Shown in pieces: positions 49,740-58,793 of a DNA stretch of 64,000 bases. A model generated the notes under the pieces. The model saw only the letters and a list, made by a program, of their open reading frames with translations, did not search any database and had not been told where the DNA came from. The stretch spans positions 113 to 64,112 of the forward strand of contig CALXBO010000006.1 of the NCBI GenBank assembly GCA_944386565.1, given 5' to 3'. Position 1 is the first letter of the stretch. Each line of letters begins with the position of its first letter. The position numbers and the translations under genes are program-made. The DNA is from an uncultured Ruthenibacterium sp. (lineage in GTDB: Bacteria; Bacillota; Clostridia; Oscillospirales; Ruminococcaceae).

Positions 49740-51179
49740 ATGAAGTGCCTGCTCAAATATCGTTGGGTCAAGCTTCCTAGAGCCCAACTCCCCCAGGGCA
49801 AGGGCGTATTGGGTTATTGGAGCAGGCTCGCGGCTCGGGCAGCATTCAGAAAAGGCACGGCATGTTATTGTGGCTATCACAATGAAGTTGTGCCCGGAAT
49901 GTGGTCTGGTGGAATCGTCGGTCTAAAAAGCATCCTCGGAGTTCGCCGACGTGCTCAGGCGCTTCAGATTATGGATCAGCTACAATCGCTCGGTTATATA
50001 AGGTATAGCCTGGATCAGAAGACCAAACGATTGGATTACCAGATCTGCGACTGGGTCATCAGCTGCTCCGGCCAGGGATGCTCAGCCGGAACAGTATATG
50101 CCACAGATGGGTATGGTTTCCTCTGCCTCCCGCGCAATATCACACAGAGGCTTGTCAAGCATAACTACAAATTTGAAGAAGCAGACGCATTGCTGGATCT
50201 ATGGTGCCACACAACATGGCAGGATTCACGCAATGCGTTTTCTTTTTTAGCACCGGCAGTTCAGTTTGGTGAATACGGAGCAGTTCTGACACTTGAATAC
50301 CTCGGTCAACGCTGGGGCTGGGAACGGACTAAGGTCTGGAGGTTTTTCAGAAAACATGAGGGTGCCTTTCCTCTTTACCGTCTCCCCGGCGCCTTTGGGT
50401 GCCTGGTATTCAATTCCCTGTATCCGACCGAACCCTATTCTGAATTGCCGAAACAGGCCGATGTTGAACGCATTTTGACCAAAATACGCATTATGGGGCA
50501 GAATACGCACATTTCTGGCACAGACCATGCCCGTCTTTGCAAGATGGTTTTGTGGTATAGCAGACAACTAAGCGGTGAACCGAGCTGCGTCCCAGCACAG
50601 GATGAAATTGCTCGCGTTGCAGTTTCGCACTCTATTAAATACGCGTATTTTTCTCTGTGTTGGAATTGCAAGAATTGTATGTTTGACTGCAGTGAGTGTG
50701 AAGTTTTATCGAAAGCACCTGAATCGTTTTTCAACGATCGACAAGATAAGGAGGATTATCGTGGCCAAACAACCGATTGCCGAAAAGGCATTATACGAAC
50801 AAGAAGAACAGCAGATACAAGAAAAGTCCGATGCTTTCATCCGGATTTTGACACAGCGAGGAATTCTGGGAAACGATCAGATCAAGGACGAACGGATTCG
50901 ACAAGCCCAGCAGGAAAAGCAGCGCCGTATGTATCACAACACAAGGCTGCTCCTGGAACAATACCGGAATATCGCATGGGCGCTGGAATGTTTCCCCGAT
51001 ACGATTGCTGCGGAACTGGATCACCCGCTGGGGGATCTGGACTCTCTGCTCGGCAAGATGGATCTGGAAATGGGTCTTGGGAACCGCAAACTGGAGAGTC
51101 GTCTGGAAAGCGTAAAAAAGTCCCGTTTGTTGCTGGATCGGGTCAACGAGGCTCTGACTGTTCTGAAACGAAAGCCTGA
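49740..51179 (+). CDS. ICE hypothetical protein (possible winged-helix DNA-binding or replication-type protein); 3' end doubtful
   Basis: AGGAGG RBS 9 nt upstream. The first ~335 codons look protein-like. The last ~140 codons (from about 50761) are R/G/S-rich and run out of frame across the next, well-formed gene. Confidence 0.5.
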   Translation: MKCLLKYRWVKLPRAQLPQGKGVLGYWSRLAARAAFRKGTACYCGYHNEVVPGMWSGGIVGLKSILGVRRRAQALQIMDQLQSLGYIRYSLDQKTKRLDYQICDWVISCSGQGCSAGTVYATDGYGFLCLPRNITQRLVKHNYKFEEADALLDLWCHTTWQDSRNAFSFLAPAVQFGEYGAVLTLEYLGQRWGWERTKVWRFFRKHEGAFPLYRLPGAFGCLVFNSLYPTEPYSELPKQADVERILTKIRIMGQNTHISGTDHARLCKMVLWYSRQLSGEPSCVPAQDEIARVAVSHSIKYAYFSLCWNCKNCMFDCSECEVLSKAPESFFNDRQDKEDYRGQTTDCRKGIIRTRRTADTRKVRCFHPDFDTARNSGKRSDQGRTDSTSPAGKAAPYVSQHKAAPGTIPEYRMGAGMFPRYDCCGTGSPAGGSGLSARQDGSGNGSWEPQTGESSGKRKKVPFVAGSGQRGSDCSETKA

Positions 51180-51396
51180 CAATGGCCCCAAAATGTATGA
51201 ACTCATCTACCAAACCTACCTGGCCCCCGAAAAACTGAGCCATGCTGACCTGCTGTACCGGCTTGATATCTCCTCACGTCACTATTACCGGCTTCGTCAG
51301 CAGGCCATCACCATTCTGTCAATTCGTTTGTGGTCCGCTCCTTCCAACGAGGTTGATTCCTGGCTTGAAATTCTCACATTGCTTGAAAGCCTTTGA
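50761..51396 (+). CDS. Sigma-70 region-4-like / HTH regulator of the ICE (Tn916 Orf7-like)
   Basis: GTG start with an AAGGAGG RBS. It is a helical protein with a C-terminal HTH (LSHADLLYRLDISSRHYYRLRQQAITILSIRLW). Confidence 0.6.
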   Translation: MAKQPIAEKALYEQEEQQIQEKSDAFIRILTQRGILGNDQIKDERIRQAQQEKQRRMYHNTRLLLEQYRNIAWALECFPDTIAAELDHPLGDLDSLLGKMDLEMGLGNRKLESRLESVKKSRLLLDRVNEALTVLKRKPDNGPKMYELIYQTYLAPEKLSHADLLYRLDISSRHYYRLRQQAITILSIRLWSAPSNEVDSWLEILTLLESL

Positions 51397-51447
51397 TGAA
51401 AATGTGATGGCAAAGAAAAAGGCACAAAATTGGCAAGGTGGGCGCCG

Positions 51448-51476
51448 ATGACATGTAAAAGCGAAAAAGGTATACT
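51448..51476 (+). promoter_or_regulatory. Candidate promoter ATGACA-17-TATACT upstream of the T4SS genes
   Basis: Read directly from the sequence; 5/6 and 5/6 matches to TTGACA and TATAAT. Confidence 0.45.
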
Positions 51477-51508
51477 GATACTGTCCCAAAGTAGGACAAA
51501 ACGAAAAC

Positions 51509-51548
51509 GCCGCTTTTGAAGCACAAAGCTTTGGAAGCGGCATTTTTT
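51509..51548 (+). terminator. Terminator in the T4SS operon leader
   Basis: A 14-bp stem, GCCGCTTTTGAAGC-acaaa-GCTTTGGAAGCGGC, with 3 G-U pairs that form only on the + strand RNA, followed by ATTTTTT. It lies 25 nt upstream of ATG 51573. Confidence 0.65.
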
Positions 51549-51572
51549 ATCGAAAAACAGGAGGACAAATCA

Positions 51573-51953
51573 ATGCAAAAACTCTATTCACTGTGCAAAA
51601 AGCGCTTGCAGCCGCTTTTTTGCGCCACTGCTGGCATCCTCTACATGACGATGCTTACCGCACAGCCGGTATTCGCGGAAGATGTTGCGACCGGTGGTGA
51701 GAATATCTGGAGCCGCTTCTCCACGATCATGCAAGATGTCTATGGCGAGCTGGTAGCCATCAGCACAATCGTAGCCGTTACAGTGGCATCTATCGCACTG
51801 ATTATCCGTATGGTTTCGCGGAATCAGCGGGCTGTTGACGAAGCCACGGGTTGGCTCAAGCGCATTGTTATCACCTGGATCGTACTGAACTCGTTGGGCT
51901 TCATCGTTGCTTACCTGCAGCCGCTGATCTCTGGCGGCCAGTATACGCCCTGA
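51573..51953 (+). CDS. VirB2/TrbC-like small membrane protein (pilin-like candidate)
   Basis: 126 aa with a signal peptide ending AQPVFA and two C-terminal hydrophobic helices. It is the first gene of the T4SS block. Confidence 0.5.
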   Translation: MQKLYSLCKKRLQPLFCATAGILYMTMLTAQPVFAEDVATGGENIWSRFSTIMQDVYGELVAISTIVAVTVASIALIIRMVSRNQRAVDEATGWLKRIVITWIVLNSLGFIVAYLQPLISGGQYTP

Positions 51954-51991
51954 CGGAGAGCCATGGAAGAGAAAGCAAGGAGTGAACCAGC

Positions 51992-54076
51992 ATGTTAGAC
52001 TGGATTTTTGAAGGGATCATCACCTGGATCTCCAGCATTGCCTCTTCGCTGATGGACGCTGTATCTGGGCTGTTCCTGAACGCTTTAGGTGCCGATATGA
52101 CCGTTATGGAGGAATACTTCCCCTTCATCACGGTGGCATACACGGTCATGCAGTATATGGCGTGGGCGATTCTTTTTCTGATTACAGTCTGGCAGCTGTT
52201 TCGGACGTTTGGAGGCCCCATCACCGAGGCGGAACACCCGCTGCATCTAATCGCACGCAGCTCTATTTTTGCCCTGCTTATCGGGTATGCAAGACCGATA
52301 TTTATGGTGGCATTGGACATTGCGCGTGCTCCATATACAGCGCTCTTGGATCTCAGCATGACCAGCGAGGATTTTACTTTTGCGGGCCTTGAGGAGACGC
52401 TCAGCAATGGTTTACTGACAATCGCATCGACAGTAACCGTTATTGCTCCAATTCTGCTGCTGATTCTGCTTATTTCGATTGGCTGGAACTATTTCAAACT
52501 GCTGCTTGAAACCGTAGAACGGTATATCGTGGTCGGTGTGCTTTGCTACACCAGCCCTCTCGCCTTCGCCATGGGTGGCTCCAAAGAAACCAACCAGGTA
52601 TTCAAGAGCTGGTGCCGTATGGTCGGCTCGCAGCTCCTGTTACTTGTCATGAATGTATGGTTTCTGCGAGCCTTCAGCTCGTCTGTGGGCCAGTATATTG
52701 GAAACGGCGGTGCGGTTTCGACCGGACATGGTTCGATTTTTCTCTGGTTCTTCTGCGCATTAGCGTTTTTGAAGACGGCGCAAAGATTTGACAGCTACTT
52801 GGCCTCCATTGGCCTGAACGTAGCACAGACCGGTTCCAGCATGGGCATGGAAATGCTGATGGCCGCCCGGGTGCTTACCGGATTCGCCGGTAGCGCCAGC
52901 AGCGCAGGCAGTGTTTTCCGGAATACCTCTGCAGCCGGAACGGCTACAGCTACCGGTTTTGCAGCTGGGTTCGCTAACCGTTTCAAGCCGAACAGCTATG
53001 TGCGCGATGCGGTAGTGGAAGGCGGCAGTCGAATGGGGTTGGGCGGCAGTGTTGGCTTTGTCGGACGTGCATTTGGCGGTATTGCTGCGCGCAACGGCGC
53101 CACCTTGACCGGCGATTCCATCTCCTCTGTAGCTACACGCCCTGACAGTGTGTCGGGCAGCATTGGCGGCGATATTGCGAACCGCAGTCTCGGTAACTAT
53201 ATGCCGCAGTTGGGACGGCATACTCTGAGCAACACGCAGATCACCGGCGGCCATATCAGCACGACGGCAACCGATGCTGCCGGTAAAACCAGCAATGTTG
53301 AACTGTTCAACGCTGCACAGTTTGAGGCCCCGACGGCGCCTCATTCGCTGGTCAATGCCGCAGACGGAAGCTCGTGGTATCAGGTCGCAACCGGTGAAGG
53401 AAAAGGTGCCTTCTATGACGCACCCAACTTCACAGGAAGTGCTTCGGAAGCTGCCCGGGTGGCAGAAACATTCCCTGGCGCTGCCGAGGGGACGATGTTG
53501 CGCACGGTTGGAGAAGGTGTGCTTGAGGCAACCACGGATAACGGAAGTTCGCTCTGGTACAACAGTGCGTTCTTTGCCGAGCCAGATGCTCCACACAGCG
53601 TCATGCAGTCGGACAATGGCGTGGAATGGTATGCTATGCAGCCTAAAGCAGATGCGCCTCGATTTGAACAGCGTGATGCAGCAATCGCGTATAATCAGGC
53701 TGAATTCCGGCAGTTCATGCCTGGCTTTGAGGAGCAGATTGTTGCGGTTGATTCCAGACATCGTGATGACGGGCATTTCGAAGTTCGTCACGAAGATGGT
53801 TCCGGTACAGCATTCTATGATACCGCACAATTTGATACGCCCAGGGGCGACTACCAGGTCTATGAGGACGCTCATGGGAAGCAGTGGATTGCAATTCACG
53901 GAGACGCGGCGGTGGAACGCCGTCCTGTTTACGAGAACGGTCAGGCCGTTTATGATGGCGAAAACGTCAAAACGGTCTCGGTGGAAACCGTCCGTTACAA
54001 GAACACTCCCAGTCGCTTCAAAGAACCTGAGCGGCGCGAAAGCTATGATTTCCAGCCACCACGCCGGAAACGATAA
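51992..54076 (+). CDS. VirB6/TrbL-like conjugal transfer channel protein with a long C-terminal extension
   Basis: 694 aa. The first ~290 aa are polytopic, as in the TrbL/VirB6 (CD1112-like) family. They are followed by a G/S/A-rich linker and degenerate aromatic repeats. Confidence 0.75.
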   Translation: MLDWIFEGIITWISSIASSLMDAVSGLFLNALGADMTVMEEYFPFITVAYTVMQYMAWAILFLITVWQLFRTFGGPITEAEHPLHLIARSSIFALLIGYARPIFMVALDIARAPYTALLDLSMTSEDFTFAGLEETLSNGLLTIASTVTVIAPILLLILLISIGWNYFKLLLETVERYIVVGVLCYTSPLAFAMGGSKETNQVFKSWCRMVGSQLLLLVMNVWFLRAFSSSVGQYIGNGGAVSTGHGSIFLWFFCALAFLKTAQRFDSYLASIGLNVAQTGSSMGMEMLMAARVLTGFAGSASSAGSVFRNTSAAGTATATGFAAGFANRFKPNSYVRDAVVEGGSRMGLGGSVGFVGRAFGGIAARNGATLTGDSISSVATRPDSVSGSIGGDIANRSLGNYMPQLGRHTLSNTQITGGHISTTATDAAGKTSNVELFNAAQFEAPTAPHSLVNAADGSSWYQVATGEGKGAFYDAPNFTGSASEAARVAETFPGAAEGTMLRTVGEGVLEATTDNGSSLWYNSAFFAEPDAPHSVMQSDNGVEWYAMQPKADAPRFEQRDAAIAYNQAEFRQFMPGFEEQIVAVDSRHRDDGHFEVRHEDGSGTAFYDTAQFDTPRGDYQVYEDAHGKQWIAIHGDAAVERRPVYENGQAVYDGENVKTVSVETVRYKNTPSRFKEPERRESYDFQPPRRKR

Positions 54077-54088
54077 ATATATTCAAGG

Positions 54089-54127
54089 CGGGCCATCGGT
54101 GACATTCCGTTGGCCCGTCTTGTTTTT
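54089..54127 (+). terminator. Terminator-like hairpin inside the T4SS operon
   Basis: CGGGCCAtCGG-tgacatt-CCGtTGGCCCG followed by TCTTGTTTTT. It lies between the VirB6-like and hydrolase genes and ends 15 nt before ATG 54142. Confidence 0.5.
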
Positions 54128-54141
54128 CAGGAGGATAACAG

Positions 54142-55884
54142 ATGGCAGAACCGGAAAAACAGCAATTCGGAGACGGCAGAGACAACTATGCCGGTGCTGC
54201 CCGTCAATTAAGCGATGCTCTCCAACAAGCTGGGCAAACCGGAACCCGACAAGCTGTGTCAAACGGAGCAGCCGCCCTGGTACAATCCGGCATCAAGAGC
54301 GGGAAAGCTGTATCAGAGATTGCAGCCGGAACCGCAGCGGGTGGCCCGTGGGGGGCAATCCTTTCAGCAGCGTGGTCGTTACGGCACACCCTGTTTAAGA
54401 TACTCGCATGTCTTTGTGTGCTTCTTCTCATATTTGTAATTCTGATCGTATCCATTCCCTCAGTCGTACTGAACGGCGTATTTGGCCTGAACGGGTCGAT
54501 TGTTGACATGGACAACCCCATGTCTATGATGCAGTCGTATGAAGAAATGTCCGCTGAAGTTTCCGCAGCCGTAGACCGGGGATACCAGGTAGCGCTCGAA
54601 CGCGTGGATCAACTTATACAGGACGGTGGATATGACTATGAATTATCCATAGAGTCATTGATCGACGAAGCGAAAAGTGCCTCCGGTTTCAATGCCGCGT
54701 ATGTATTGGCTGCGTATTCCGCATCCATGCTGCAGCAAGGCACAAGCGCGGATGATATGACTGCGAAACTTGACGCTGTGGCAGAGCAAATGTTTCCCAT
54801 TTCCAGCGAAGAGAAAGAGAAGGAACGGGTCATTCCCCTGACCTACACCACATACCGGGAAGTTACCGTTACTGTGGTATTTGGTCAAACCTTTATCGGT
54901 ATCGTGAATGGCCAGATGCAATTCCGATATGATGTAGCCGTCAGAGGGGGATACTATGAACCCGACGGAAGAGTCACAACCTTGGAGCCTGTAACCACCA
55001 CTGCATACCGTGCCGAAGATGTCACGGTTCCCGTTTACACCGATGGCCGTATCTCCGGCACGACCAGTGCCACATACTATGTGCCGGATGGGACTGAAAC
55101 TCTCACCCCCAGCACAGAAACGGTTGTGTATCTGGAATGTACCATCCATCCGTTTGATCAGGATGTCGTTCTGGATGCGTTTGGAATCGATCCTGACGCG
55201 CCGTATGACAACTTTGGAATCACCTATGGTGAAGCTATCAGTAATATGGCGACAGCCTTACAGAAGACGCTGTACGGTGCCCAGGGCGGCAGTCAAGGCG
55301 GAGAATCGGTTCCGCTCACAGATGAAGAGCTCATCGCATTTGTCGAGCGGCAGAACTGCAACGAAACGCGCAAGCACATTTTGTCAACAGCACTGTCACT
55401 CGTTGGCAAGGTCCCATATTTCTGGGGCGGAAAATCCGATGCCGGATGGAACGATGAATGGAACACCCCCAAAGTGGTCACGGCTACCGGCTCCAGCGCA
55501 ACCGGCACGATCCTTCCTTACGGCCTGGATTGCAGCGGGTACACGGACTGGGTGTTCAAAACGGCAATGGGCGTAAGCATCAAAGCTGGAAGCTGGAACC
55601 AATGGGATAACAGCTATGCCATCACGGAGGCGGAACTGCTTCCGGGCGATCTTGGATTTATGGCTGTGCCCGGCACTGTACCCGTCAACCATGTTTTGAT
55701 ATACGCAGGCGAGAATGAGGATGGTGCGCACATGTGGGTTCATTGCACAAGTGGTTCAGGTGTTGTCCTCAACTCCCCGGACTATGTGTCGTATTATCGC
55801 CGTCCCATCAACGTCGATTATGATGCGCCAGTTTTATCCGGGACCGGGCTCCAGACGACGGAGCCATCACAGAACAGTGAATGA
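54142..55884 (+). CDS. T4SS-associated cell-wall hydrolase (C-terminal NlpC/P60 domain)
   Basis: 580 aa with an N-terminal TM segment. The C-terminal part carries YFWGGKS, the catalytic Cys in LDCSGYTDWVF and His in VNHVLIYAG. Confidence 0.85.
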   Translation: MAEPEKQQFGDGRDNYAGAARQLSDALQQAGQTGTRQAVSNGAAALVQSGIKSGKAVSEIAAGTAAGGPWGAILSAAWSLRHTLFKILACLCVLLLIFVILIVSIPSVVLNGVFGLNGSIVDMDNPMSMMQSYEEMSAEVSAAVDRGYQVALERVDQLIQDGGYDYELSIESLIDEAKSASGFNAAYVLAAYSASMLQQGTSADDMTAKLDAVAEQMFPISSEEKEKERVIPLTYTTYREVTVTVVFGQTFIGIVNGQMQFRYDVAVRGGYYEPDGRVTTLEPVTTTAYRAEDVTVPVYTDGRISGTTSATYYVPDGTETLTPSTETVVYLECTIHPFDQDVVLDAFGIDPDAPYDNFGITYGEAISNMATALQKTLYGAQGGSQGGESVPLTDEELIAFVERQNCNETRKHILSTALSLVGKVPYFWGGKSDAGWNDEWNTPKVVTATGSSATGTILPYGLDCSGYTDWVFKTAMGVSIKAGSWNQWDNSYAITEAELLPGDLGFMAVPGTVPVNHVLIYAGENEDGAHMWVHCTSGSGVVLNSPDYVSYYRRPINVDYDAPVLSGTGLQTTEPSQNSE

Positions 55885-55900
55885 GCCAGGAGTTCAGACA

Positions 55901-56278
55901 ATGGAAGAAAAAGAATACAGCAATATCTATGCGATCCCCGCAAACTACACCGATTCCGGCAAGCTGCTGGGAGGAATGGTGGAGACCCGATGCGCAGTGG
56001 AAGCAATCTTTTTAGTGGGGCTGGTTGGGTATCCGGAGCTGTTTTGGATACCCATGCCCACCACGATCCGCATCGTTTGCATGACGGTGACCCTGCTGCC
56101 GCTTGGAGTAGTCGCCCTCATGGGAGCTGATGGAGGCTCTCTCTTACAGTATCTCTGGAATATCGTCTGTTTTTTCACGCATCGCCGTAAACTTCATTGC
56201 AGGAGGGTTGGTTACCAATATGCGCAGCAAACAGGAAAAAAACGCAAAAAAGCCAAGGGCAAAAAAGCAAAAGCTTGA
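55901..56278 (+). CDS. PrgI/TcpE/VirB3-like small membrane protein
   Basis: 125 aa with two TM helices and a basic tail. It sits immediately upstream of VirB4 and overlaps it. Confidence 0.5.
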   Translation: MEEKEYSNIYAIPANYTDSGKLLGGMVETRCAVEAIFLVGLVGYPELFWIPMPTTIRIVCMTVTLLPLGVVALMGADGGSLLQYLWNIVCFFTHRRKLHCRRVGYQYAQQTGKKRKKAKGKKAKA

Positions 56279-58748
56279 TTTTGTCCAGGACTATCTCGGA
56301 ATCCGGGATCTGAGGAATGGCATCCTTGAAATGTCCGATGGCCGTTACATCAAGATCCTGGAGATCGAGCCCATCAATTTCACACTGAGGTCCGATGAGG
56401 AACAGTACAACATTATTTCCAGTTTTGCGAGCTGGCTGAAAATCTCCCCTATGCGCCTGCAATTCAAGTCCATAACGCGAAAGGCTGATTCTGACAAACA
56501 CATCGCAATGGTACAAGCAGAATTGGCACAGGAGGACAACGCACAGTGCCGCGCGCTCGGTGAAGAATACATCAAACTGATCCGTGACGTTGGGAGCCGA
56601 GAGGCTCTTACGAGGCGGTTCTTCCTCGTCTTTGAGTACGAGGCTGTTGGCCGCCACGAAAGCAACGATTATGCCAAAATCTATGCTGCACTTCAGACCG
56701 TAGAGCACAATGCCCGGGCATATTTCCTTCAATGTGGAAACAGCATCGTGCAACCAAAAGATCCGGATGAAGCCACCGCAGAGATTTTGTACATGTTTTA
56801 TAACCGGCATTCCTGCGTAAATGAACCTTTTTCGTCACGGGTCAACCGCGTCGTGGTTGATACCATGGCTGCAGAGAATAAGGTCATCGGTATTGACCCG
56901 ATTCCGAGCATCCCTATCGCGCATTTTTTGGCTCCCCGTGGCATCGACCTTACCCACCACAACTACATCATCATGGACGGGCGATACTATACGATCCTCT
57001 ATATCAGAGGCAACGGATACCCCAGCAAGGTACGGGCCGGATGGATGTCTGCGCTGATCAACGCAGGCGAAGGAATCGACATTGACATCCATCTGCGGCG
57101 CGAAAACCGCAGCAAAGCCATCGACAAGGTTGCGCAAAGAATCCGGTGGAACCGAACAAAAATCAAAGGAATGCAGGACACCAGCACCGACTACGAGGAG
57201 CTGGCCAATTCCATCCAGGCAGGCTACTACATCAAAAACGGTATTGCCAATGACAACGAAGATTTGTTCTACATGAGCACCTTCATTTCCGTGTCAGCAA
57301 AGACCTACGAGGAGCTATTGTGGCGCAAGCAGCAAATGACCGACCTGCTCAAATCCATGGACATGTTCATCAGCGAGTGCAATTTCCAGCAGGAAGCTGC
57401 GCTGCAGTCAATCATGCCGTTTTTAAAGATTGCCCCCAAACTGGAGAAAAAGGCACAGCGGAACGTGCTGACCAGCGGCGCCGCTTCCAGCTATATCTTT
57501 ACGAGTTACGAGATGTCCGACGATACCGGCGTGCTTCTTGGGGTCAACCGGCATAATAATTCCCTGTGCATTGTGGACTTGTTCAACACCAAAATGCACA
57601 AAAATGCCAATCTGAACTTGTTGGGAACCTCGGGCGCCGGTAAGACCTTCACCATGCAGCTGTTGGCACTGCGGATGCGAATGCGCGGAATCCAGTGCTA
57701 TATCATTGCTCCGATTAAAGGCCACGAATTCCGGCGTGCCTGCAACAAGATCGGTGGTGAATTTATCCGCATAGCACCGGGATCACCCCATTGTATCAAT
57801 ATCATGGAGATCCGTCATACGATTTCCCCTGAGATGGAGCTCATTGATGAAATTGACTATTCGGAAATGGATTCTCTTCTTGCCCGTAAAATCCAGCAGC
57901 TGATGATCTTCTTTGGCCTTCTGATTCCTGACATCACCAATGAGGAAGAGCAGATGCTGGATGAGGCTTTGATCAAAACCTACGCTGGCTTTGGAATCAC
58001 CCATGATAACCAGTCGGTATATGAAGATCTGTCGGCAACTCCGCCCAAGATGAAGAAAATGCCGATTCTGGGCGATCTCCACAAACACCTGCAGGAAAAC
58101 CCCATGACACAAAGACTGGCGGCCATCATCAGCCGGTTTGTGACCGGGTCGGCCCAGAGCTTCAACCGCCCCACCAATGTGGACTTGAGCAACAAGTATA
58201 TTGTTCTGGACCTGAGTGAACTGAAGGGAAAGTTGCTTCCTGTGGGCATGTTCATTGCTCTGGACTATGTGTGGGATGAAATCAAATCTGACCGTACCAA
58301 ACGGAAGGCCATCTTTATCGACGAAATCTGGCAGCTCATCGGTGCCGGGTCCAACCGTATGGCCGCCGAGTTCTGTCTGGAGATTTTTAAGGTCATCCGT
58401 GGATTTGGCGGCGCTGCAATTTCTGCAACACAAGACCTATCGGACTTCTTTGGTCTCGATGACGGACGGTATGGCAGAGCCATTATCAACAACTCGAAAA
58501 ACAAGATTATCCTGAACCTCGAACCCGATGAGGCTGAGCATGTTCGGGAAACGCTCAAGCTTACCCGCACAGAAGTGCGCGCCATTACCCAGTTTGAACG
58601 GGGTGAGGCTCTGATCAGCTCCAACAATAATAAGGTCCCGGTGGTGATCAAGGCATCCAAAATAGAGAAAGAAATGATCACCACTGACCGTGCCGAACTG
58701 GAGACCCTTCTCCACGAACGGCAGCAGAATCAAACGCATACAGAATGA
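56220..58748 (+). CDS. VirB4-like conjugal transfer ATPase
   Basis: About 842 aa with Walker A GTSGAGKTF and Walker B IFIDEIWQL. An AGGAGGG RBS precedes ATG 56220. Confidence 0.9.
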   Translation: MRSKQEKNAKKPRAKKQKLDFVQDYLGIRDLRNGILEMSDGRYIKILEIEPINFTLRSDEEQYNIISSFASWLKISPMRLQFKSITRKADSDKHIAMVQAELAQEDNAQCRALGEEYIKLIRDVGSREALTRRFFLVFEYEAVGRHESNDYAKIYAALQTVEHNARAYFLQCGNSIVQPKDPDEATAEILYMFYNRHSCVNEPFSSRVNRVVVDTMAAENKVIGIDPIPSIPIAHFLAPRGIDLTHHNYIIMDGRYYTILYIRGNGYPSKVRAGWMSALINAGEGIDIDIHLRRENRSKAIDKVAQRIRWNRTKIKGMQDTSTDYEELANSIQAGYYIKNGIANDNEDLFYMSTFISVSAKTYEELLWRKQQMTDLLKSMDMFISECNFQQEAALQSIMPFLKIAPKLEKKAQRNVLTSGAASSYIFTSYEMSDDTGVLLGVNRHNNSLCIVDLFNTKMHKNANLNLLGTSGAGKTFTMQLLALRMRMRGIQCYIIAPIKGHEFRRACNKIGGEFIRIAPGSPHCINIMEIRHTISPEMELIDEIDYSEMDSLLARKIQQLMIFFGLLIPDITNEEEQMLDEALIKTYAGFGITHDNQSVYEDLSATPPKMKKMPILGDLHKHLQENPMTQRLAAIISRFVTGSAQSFNRPTNVDLSNKYIVLDLSELKGKLLPVGMFIALDYVWDEIKSDRTKRKAIFIDEIWQLIGAGSNRMAAEFCLEIFKVIRGFGGAAISATQDLSDFFGLDDGRYGRAIINNSKNKIILNLEPDEAEHVRETLKLTRTEVRAITQFERGEALISSNNNKVPVVIKASKIEKEMITTDRAELETLLHERQQNQTHTE

Positions 58749-58793
58749 AATACGCATTTGAAATGAAAATGCGTACAGCAAGGAGGTGAAATT

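Noticed and set aside
49735-49743. ATGACATGA mini-ORF (M-T-stop) overlapping the start of the 49740 gene.
   Set aside because: It has two sense codons only. It is most simply a by-product of the RBS-start region, with no evidence of function.
51395-51572. Possible small ORFs or an sRNA gene between the sigma-like gene and the T4SS genes (for example the 69-aa ORF 51242-51451).
   Set aside because: The ORFs are short, lack an RBS and overlap the end of the regulator gene. The region is better explained as promoter plus leader terminator. An sRNA cannot be called without expression data.
58751-58775. 9-bp stem-loop TACGCATTT-N7-AAATGCGTA after virB4, as a terminator.
   Set aside because: It has no U-tract, and the next gene starts 19 nt later with a strong RBS. 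It is probably only an mRNA structure, so it is not reported as a terminator.
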